DNA of 64,000 bases from Moniliella sp. 'wahieum' (lineage: Eukaryota). The stretch covers positions 1-64,000 of the forward strand of contig RSEE01000062.1 of NCBI GenBank assembly GCA_003971905.1, read 5' to 3'. Of the stretch, positions 55,220 through 64,000 are shown piece after piece. How positions within the stretch are numbered: position 1 is the first letter of the stretch; the number at the start of each line of letters is the position of its first letter. The notes beneath the pieces were generated by a model, which saw only the letters and a program-made list of their open reading frames with translations, did no database searches and was not told the DNA's origin. The position numbers and the translations under genes are program-made.

Positions 55220-57044
55220 ATGGCGGACCCGTCGGTATTGCGTGAAGCCCCTCCATCTAGCTTTGTTGGGGGAGATGAAGGTTGGGACATGCCCTATGTG
55301 CCACAGCGTGGAAAGCGAAAGCGGTCACAGCGTTCTTGCACTTCCTGCCACAAAGCCAAACGTCGATGCGACCGAAAGCAGCCATGTGGCAACTGTATTT
55401 TTAACGGCAAAGTGTGCCAATACTAGTACGCTCAGTTTTCTCTGTTTCCCTTGTGCTGGAAGAGGAGGTGACTGACCTTGTGTGCATGTTAGCGACGAAT
55501 CCGGTGTCTTGGCTCCGGCGAGTCAGCACAAGCGGCTCGAGTCTTTGCCCTCCTCATACTCTCTTCAATCTGCCGTGGACACTTTGGATGGGGAAGAGAC
55601 GTCACTTCCCAAATCAGCGGTTGGAAGAAGCGTTTCAACTGGCCAAATTGGTGCTCGTTTACCTACCTTTGGGCCTCGCAGCCTACCACCTCCACCGCAG
55701 CCTACTAGCGACAATTCGTCACTGGCAGTCCTGGCAGAAGCTGCTGCTCCCTCCAAGCCTACTGCAGGGGCTACCCCGCCGCTCTCGGTGCTCACCCCAC
55801 CACCTGCTGTTGTGCGGCGGGCATCCTCCGTGGTTCCCCCGCTGGCCGGGCCCTTGTCAAGCGACTCGCGCTCTTCTCGTTCCTCTTTGCCCAGCCTGGG
55901 CGAAAGGGCAGGGGAACCTGGGCCGGTTGATACCGTCACCTCCGAAGCGGGCGCCGGTTGGACAAGCGCATTACCTCCTGCCTCTGCTTCCCCAGAAGGC
56001 TGGTCCATTGCGCGCGGCAACAAGGTCACGACCACCTTCTCCCAAGGTCATCATCGTCCCGCCGACGGAATTGAGGCAATGCTTCGACAATCGGCTGTAG
56101 CTCTCCTGCCCCCTCTCGATAAGCAAGAGGAGCTCGTTGCACAGTTTAGGACTAGTGGGTTCCCGCTCGCGTTATGTCTCCCCTCCTTGACCAAGATGGA
56201 GAACGACAAGGATGGGTACCGGTTTGACATGGACCCGGCGTTGCACCATGCTTTGTTCGCCGCTACACTTTCGCCAGATGAAGGAGCGCCTCATGCCCAG
56301 GCATCTCGTCTGCTCCTTGCGCTCACACCTGAGCAGTCCTGTCATCCGATGACATATGCCCTGTTGGCACTTGCCGCGCTCGCTAGTGGGCAAGCGCGCC
56401 AAGCGGCCCTGGACACGACTTGTGCGTGGCGCCTGGTGGAAGCGGGCGAAGGTAAGAAGGAGGGGCTGCTGGCCCATGCGGTAGCGGCCATGGACGCAAT
56501 GGCGTGCCTGTACGCTGGCGCTTCACCTTCCGTCCCAGCTGGCGGCTTTGACGCCAATGTGGCTGGGTTAGAAGGGGCTTTGGCCGCGCTCATTCAGAGT
56601 CTGACTTGCCGGTCGAGGGGAGAGATGGATGAGCTACTGGCCTCGCTCCCTCCTAGCTTGAAATACAGCGAGGATCACCTCAACCCACTGATTCAAGCGG
56701 GCGAGCAAGGGGCGCCACTGACGGAAGAAAGTATGGCGCATCTTGCTTGGGCCTGTTTGCATGCTCATGCAGCAACGATCCAATTGGGAAGTGGTCATGC
56801 GCCCTCCATTGCCCTGGCACGGGGACGTATCGCGACGCTAAAAGCGGCCTTGGACGTGTTTCCTCCCCACGTGGTAGGCATCTTCTTCCTCACCCCGTTC
56901 TTCGCCATCGACCCTCCGCGTACGCCCCGAAGTGACGCTGAGCGCATGGCTCAGCAGGCGGTCGACCGGTGGGTCAGACAGGACTGCTCGGCCCTTTTGC
57001 TTCTTGAACCCTTGCCGCGCAAGTCCCCCTGCGCAGCACCATGA
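55220..57044 (+). CDS. Zn(II)2Cys6 fungal transcription factor
   Basis: RSCTSCHKAKRRCDRKQPCGNCIFNGKVCQY; intron ~55426-55491, then an open frame of about 520 aa. The start codon is uncertain. Confidence 0.92.
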
Positions 57045-59775
57045 TCTCCTCATATCGAGTCGGAACCACCCGACCCAAAAGTTAAAAGTTTTTGCCTTGT
57101 TCCCTTACGACACAGCTCTCATCCCATTCTCCCTGTTCACATGTCACAGGCGATGTCATGACTGTGGAGGATGTGGTCTGGTGGCTTGATCTGATTCCCT
57201 TGTTGTTACTACTACTTATACTCAGTCCGTGTGAAAGTCATGTTGTGGGTATAGATACGCCACGGAACCGTGGCGAAGAGACGCAGAACGAACGCAGAGA
57301 CCGCGGGCGTTGTTCTGTGCCGTTTTGCAGGAAAGTTATGTGGGACTAGTATGGAATACGCACAGTTTATACATCAGGCTGGCAGCATCTGTATGCATTT
57401 AAAACAGGATTAGTAACGTATAGCGCATACATTGTCCACAGTCCATAAGCCTGGCTGCGGATGGGCCTTAAGGGGTTCAGTGAAAAAGGTTTGTTCATAT
57501 ACTTTTGCGAGAGACACAACTGACCCTGCGACAGCCTTCCTAGCTGGATGGCCGAGATCAACTGAACCAAGATGCCATGGTTTGGCCGAGTGAGATCTCC
57601 TCATAGAGAAGGGTTGCTGCGTAGAATCAAGTTGTAAGTAACTTCACCTAGTACTACTTTGTAGTAGTAGTACACGGCTCTTGCATAGCCCGTTGATACA
57701 GTTGGTTGTATACAAAAAAGGGTGTGCATTTTGCCGATGATGTTTTTAGAGCGCGAGCACAAGTACCACAACCTGTAGAGTAGGATAGATCGGGACGTTA
57801 GAGACAATAATAATCCGAAGATCAATGAAAAAAGCGGCGGGGGCATCCCTCCTTTGGGAACGGCCAACTGTTCGGATTCCTGCAACGTCCGTTTGGGCGT
57901 CGTGCACCCAGTTCGCCCCCTAGCACGCAAAGGTGACCGTGTTGCACGGGGATCGCGGTTAAGGCCAACCATGTTGTGGGCCTTCTCAATGACACATGTC
58001 CAACACACTGATGCCGCCATCTGGAAGGAGGCGCAGCCTTCTCGCGCAGGAGATGCGTTTGGCTTTAGTTACTGTCTGAACCAAGGTCGAACTTGATTCA
58101 ATGGGTTTTTAGAACTGTTGTGGCTTTAGAGCCGATGGTCGGAATGGACATGCCTCATAGTCCCGATCGACCCCATATCTTGGCCCAGAAGAGACCTGGA
58201 GTGTCTCTCATAGTCGCCAGTCAAAGTTTGGCGAACAACCATCGACTTCCCACCGCCACTTGGTCCCGCCTACCCGACGGGGCCTTTATTTATGCCATGT
58301 TTCGATCCTCCTGGCCTTCGTTATCGTGTACCACAAGACCTGTGGCGCATGCCAATTGTTGCTCCCCAACAGAGCAAAAGTTTTGCACACAATAAAAGTG
58401 CGCCTGCGCTCCCACCTTGCAGTTCGTATGGGGGCGAAGGCATTACGGTTCGGGAGAATGGTAACCTCGCGTATGGGCCGGTTCAAATTTTCCTTTTGTG
58501 AACTGCGTTGTATCAATATTCTTGAGAGGGAGCCCCATATAGCAGCGCTTTTGACCGATGGATCAAAAGGTGTGGGACGTGGGTCTACGGAGGTGGAGGG
58601 TCAAGAGTCGATGGCTGCGATGATGACACTGGCAACGTGAAGCGCCTATAGGCACAGCCGTATCATCCTAGCAAATTCCATAGAGGGCTTCCGGAAACTT
58701 GCTAAGGCCTCGCTCTGAAAGTCGTCTGTGTTCTTCGGGATTTGGTGTTAAGGGCGAAGACGGACTCGAAAGCCTAGCGGAGCCTATGCGTAGTTTGGTT
58801 GGCGTGGGCATGGGCCTGACGCCGATAGTCCGTCTGATGATCTAGGTATAGCCACGATGAGACTAGTAGGTTGGATTTGGGAGCAAGCTCTGGGATCGAG
58901 TCTAGGGAGAGGAGAAGAGATCGCATAGGCTCCGACTGACTTGCCAGTCCGTCTTCGCCCGTGCCATTTGGGGTGTTTGAACCTCCCCACATAAACCCCA
59001 TCGTTACATTCTTATTCCGTCGAGAGGCTTTCAATGCATCCCTAGCATTTGGCTGTGAGCCCGCAGTATGGAGAGGGCAGTGGGTACTAGGTGCGAACGA
59101 GTGAGTGCCAGATCCCCTCTGGAGCTCTCACTTGCTGATGTATCGAAGTCGGGATCAAGGTCTGACAGCAATGGGAGGGAAATAGCCCTTTGGCCTTCTA
59201 TTCGTTCTTATGGTTGAAACGGAAGACTAGTGCCACAGAATCATAATAGCTTCCCTTCCTTCGTGCTCTCTTCAATCTCCGCCACGTTCCACTTCCTGTA
59301 CTCTTCCCCCTCCCCCCCGAAAGCCCGCAGAACGATGTCACTCGGTATTTTGGGACTCTTCTTGCACAATGTCTCATCACGGGGGGCAGCTCAACGGACT
59401 TTATGTGGAGCACATCGATAAGAGACCCCAAAATGACTATAATTACGGATGACATAAGGGTGCATATTCGGCAATAGATTGACATCGACATTAAACCCAT
59501 CTAGTAGTATAAGGGGTCGAGAACCACGAGAAAGCCGGAAAAGGTAGGTGAATTATTGACTCAGGCCCGTTTCGTCAAGTGTCCGGAGAAGTGAAGCTCA
59601 TGCCCGTGGCGGAGAGGGAAAAGAAGTGGATTGAAAGGCATCAAAGAGGAAACAGAGGAAATATCCACAATGCGACGGTTCTGACGGCAAGGATGTTGAA
59701 CGCCAGGGGGGAGTACAGAAGGAAGGTTGAACCTGGATTCTGATATGTTTTATAGACGATGAGATCGTCCCCGTT

Positions 59776-61963
59776 TCAATTCCCGGGGATAGGTATCTCC
59801 TTTGCAAAGCGTTTTGCACGCCATTTGGGCCCGTGAATCAGAATGGTAATCACACCTGGCACACTGAGGGCAGAAATCCCGGCAACGACCGTGTAGGTTC
59901 CGCCGGTACCAATACTTCTGATCATATACTCGATGCAGGCTGTTCCCGCCGCACCTAGGAGACAACGAACGAAGTTGCTGGAGGCGGAGACGCCAGCTGA
60001 ACGACCAGGCAAGAAGTCAAGCATAAGGTTTTGGAAGATTGTGCTGATTGTTCCGACGGTAAACCCATTGAGGAACAAAAATACGATAGGGGCTGCACAG
60101 CTAGTCCGTCCAACGCTCCATCCGTATGCGATAGTAGCAACCTGGCAGAAGGAAAGCAGTCAGCATTGGGTACGGATGCATGGTCGCAGAAGAGAAAACG
60201 AGAGAACGCGATCAGGGAACATACCACATTCAGACCAATCATGTACGGCCAAAGCATCAGACGTGCCTTTTCAATCGGGAAGGACAGGTCCTTGGCACCA
60301 TCAGTTCCAACAGGTTTGCGACGAGGGGTTTGGGTTCCCGGGCCTTGGATTTCGAGCTTGGCGGTACTTGCAGATGTGGAGAGGGTGCCTTGCTTCTCGC
60401 GATCCATTTGCTTGTCGGAAATGACCGTAGAATCAATAGGTTCGTCCATTTGTCCATGTTTCATGTCCTGTTCCAAGTCTTGCTGCGCCAAACGCTCCTC
60501 AGTTTGTTGTGCGACTCGACGATAGGTCCAGTTCAAGACTCGGCCGGTGCCAAAAGCCGCCAGCATGGCTCCCGTTCCAGTACTGATAAAACCAGACCTG
60601 ATTGCATCACCGTGACCCGTAGTGTTGCTCGAAATTGGTGGCGATGGTAGAAAGAATCATCATCTGGCCGAAAAAGGGAATGCGTACCCTAGAAGGCACA
60701 ACACCACCTCGGAATCAGCAAGAATCTGAGAGGAGTAAAAGAGAGCATATCCTTCGCCTCGTAACAGATGATCGCGAAGCGACGCTGTACGGGACTTTTC
60801 CCTTCCAATCGAGATGGGTCGCATGGAAGTGGTAAACCAGGCCGAGCCTGTCCCGTCCGTTGAGTCACGGTCTTTCCCGTCAGGAGGCAGAATAGGGCCT
60901 CGTGCATCAGGGTGGGAGCTGGCTTGCTGCCATTTCCAACCAGCTTCCGTAGGGTTTCTGGCAGGAAGAACAGAAGTGCAACAACACAAGCTGCGGCCAG
61001 GCAAAAGCAAAAGAGGAAGATATATCTCCATCCGGCACCCGAAGTAATAGCAGCTCCAATGAGCGGAGAGATGGCGGGAGCAACAGAATAGGAAGCCACA
61101 AAAATTCCCAAGGGTCCAGCTCGTGTGGAGCTAGGGAACAAGTCCGCCACTGTACCAGAGCCAACGGACATTACAGAGCTGCTTCCTACCGCTTGTAGCG
61201 CACGAAGCACCATGAGGCCAGCGTACACTCCGCTCTTGGACGAAGGCGTAGCATTGGGCAGCAGGTACATCCCAATGCAGGCACCCAAATAGATTATGAG
61301 CGAAATGATGTACACTGGTTTGCGGCCCGTTCTTCGGAAAAGTTTGGTTAGTGTATGGAACTTGATGGCAGAAGGGTACATACTTGTCGGTATTAGATCC
61401 GAGAACCATAGGGCTGAGACCTTGAGCAATCATAAAGACGGTTACACTCAGCTGGATGCTTTCCTGAGGTTGCTTCAAATCCTGTCGGCACATCACAGTT
61501 AGTGGTTATTGTTTCATCAGAAGGGCAATGATAAAAAAAATGGAACGTACCCTCGCAATACTAGGGATAGCCGACATGTAGATGTTGCTGGTCATCGGAC
61601 TGAGGAATGCGGTTGTGGTGACTAGCCCAAGGATAAGATTTTCCAACTGGGGGCAAAAACACTGTAAGGCGGTTCCTCTTGTGGGGGGGAAGGGGGCGAG
61701 AAGGCAGTTGTACTAGTATTGGTGCTGTTAGTAGTGATGCCTGCAAATTTGCCATCCGCATCGTCGATTTTGGTGTCCACCCCGAAACTGATCTGGCGGT
61801 CATTCGAAGACAGACGCCGGGACTTGGAAAGTGACTGGACCGGAGAACAATGACCCGGCGTTTGGGAGCCCGATTCCATCACGTGGGAGGCCTCTCCTGT
61901 TGGCGGGTTGAGGGGCGGCAGTGCATCGCTGCGAATAGTGACGCGGAGGTGATTGCCAGCCAT
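59776..61963 (-). CDS. MFS DHA1-family drug:H+ antiporter (QDR/AQR-like)
   Basis: AFLSPMTSNIYMSAIP, SVTVFMIAQGLSP, GRKPVYIISL, LRALQAVGSS..GSGTVADL, GWRYIF, LPETLRKLVGNGS, FPIEKARL, SASSNFVRCLLGA; several introns. Confidence 0.92.
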
Positions 61964-64000
61964 GACGGATATATCAAGGCTCTTTGGAAGGGCGAAAGGG
62001 GATTGTGGGCAGAGCGGGAGAGGGGATTGTGTGCGAGAGACCTGACACGATAAAAGCGATTGGTAGCGAGGGACGCTTAGAGGAAGTGGATCGAGTGGCT
62101 AGAAGTTTGCGCAGTGATGGTGTTAAACACACCTGCTATGCTGACCTTTATATATAGCGGACAGCCACGGAAGCCACAAGCTGGTTACGGTTATAACAAG
62201 ACATGGAGGATGACCCCACGGCCTGCCCAAGGGAGACTTGGTGCCCGCATATTGGTGATGCATGATGTCTGATGTCTGATGTGTGACGTGTGACTTTCGA
62301 AGGGAGACGTGTGATGTACGATGCATGATCCAAATGATGTGGATGATTCATCGATGATCGATAGTGGATAACGGGCGGTTGCTGAGTCCATGCACCATGT
62401 TACACCCGTTTACACCCTGTTCCATGTTACACCTTAATAGCTTCAAGCTTTTCATGCATCATCGATCATGTGCATGGTTTTTGATTTTTAAGGCTTAATG
62501 ACTTGTCAATGAACGCGGTTAAGATGATTGTGCTACGTAGCAAGTCCGGAGCGCTGGCACGCGTTTGACGCTCGTGTCGCTCCAGCAGGCCAACCCAACC
62601 TGCTGCACCATCCTCTGTGGAGCGCTGTAAGCATGCGATGAGCGCTGAGCGCGAGCGCTCAGGCTGAGGACTGCTTAATGACACCAATGATTAGATCGTA
62701 AACATCAGGACAGTTGCACCCTCCCGTAGGTGGCTTCGGGGCCCCATACTCCCAGCGTGGATTTTTGACTCCGCATACAGGGTGTCTTCCTCTTCACGCG
62801 CGTAAAACGGGACTTTTCCAAGCGTTCATCGCGATCACCGGGGGTGCTCACGGATCAATGTCACTCCTTGCTGCAGGCCTCGGAGGATCAAGAGCACCCA
62901 CCGCCACATCGTGCCCACCGCCAAGGAGCCTGGCCTGGGCAAGTCTGGGCGCCGAGGCCCCCACATGTCGTAAGTCACGCGTGACGTGCCACCGAAACGC
63001 ATAACGCGTAACGCGTAACGCCTCAGGCTTGCGAACAACCTCAGTGTCTCAGCGCCTCAGCTCGTCTGTCGTTTCTAATTCGTGTCGCTCCGTACATTCA
63101 GGCGTACCCGCACCGCGTCACACAAAAATGCACGGTACGGCTCTCCTCCACAGGCCTTGGCGTGTCATTTTTACCTTGATCGATAAGATTAGATATGCCA
63201 ATATCTTATGCCAATGCGGCATGGGCACGTCTGTGCTTGGCGTGCTGTAAACTCAAATTGCGTCCGCGGGTTGTATAGACTAGACAAATTCCGAACAGAA
63301 GGAAGACAAGAGCCAACACAACAATTAAACATCCAAGCTTTTGGACTTCAACGTCAAGTTACCATGTGAAATTGGCATTGAAGCGATCGGACGGCGATAG
63401 CCAATCCCCTACTTCGCGCATCGGGGGTACCGGGTACCCTCCACGCCCATCGCACATTGCTTCCGTCCCCCCCCCCCGCGCCACCGCTGGCGTGATTTCA
63501 CAAAAGAAGCTTTTGAAGCTTGGTTCGCTCTCATATAGAGAAAGAGTATAACATGTGTATACAATGCCGTCTACCATGACGGTTATTCCCTTCGATCCCT
63601 ATTGCCCCTACATATAATACAGGATGCCACATGTGGAATGGGTCTTCTGGAGTAATGCAGCACCGGTCATCATGCATCATGGGAAATTTTTAAGGCCAAT
63701 TGGGCTCAAAATGATTGATTAAAGAATGTCGGTTTTTGAGGCAACGGTACTATTAGTGTACTCAGTCTGAGTGTACCTCGTCTCTTCATCTATCAGTACT
63801 CAGTTGTGTATTCAGTGAGTACACTAGTACTGACACCAAGTCACTGGTCACCGGCCGGTAAGGTCTAACCTTCGCTACACTTTACTTACAGTTACTAGTT
63901 ACTAGTTACTGCCAAGCCGAGCAAGCATGCACTTATCTATGTGTGCATGCTTCCAAAAATAAAGTTTTAAAGGTCCCGGTCACCGGTCACATTCAACGAT

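Noticed and set aside
57600..59500. Possible degenerate gene or TE between the Zn2Cys6 and MFS genes
   Set aside because: Only short ORFs with no recognisable motif.

Overview
Chromosome end of a high-GC, intron-poor fungus, very probably a basidiomycete. It opens with (TAACCC)n telomeric repeats. About 1-10.9 kb is subtelomeric: three copies of a ~190-bp telomere-seeded module (one with a perfect 10x40-bp array), 21-bp and ~174-bp tandem repeats, a 28-bp perfect palindrome and a decayed RecQ-type telomere-linked helicase. A 5'-truncated SSB-type Hsp70 follows, then a compact housekeeping block (tRNA-Glu, RBG2/DRG2, INP54-like phosphatase, thiolase, PRP2/DHX16, SERF, MYG1, ATP19, acyl-CoA dehydrogenase). 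The gene-sparse remainder holds a double Myb/SANT (Harbinger ORF1-like) gene, ROT1, two MFS transporters, a CRE-clade non-LTR fragment, an arrestin-fold gene and a Zn2Cys6 factor. Most conserved genes are frameshifted, probably from uncorrected long-read indels, so gene boundaries are approximate. The most unusual signal is a window-wide intergenic pattern of 7-bp units, each TNA plus a variable 4-bp palindrome (TGA-AGCT, TCA-CCGG, TGA-CATG, TAA-CGCG, TTA-CTAG and others). All family assignments come from reading motifs by eye; no searches were run.
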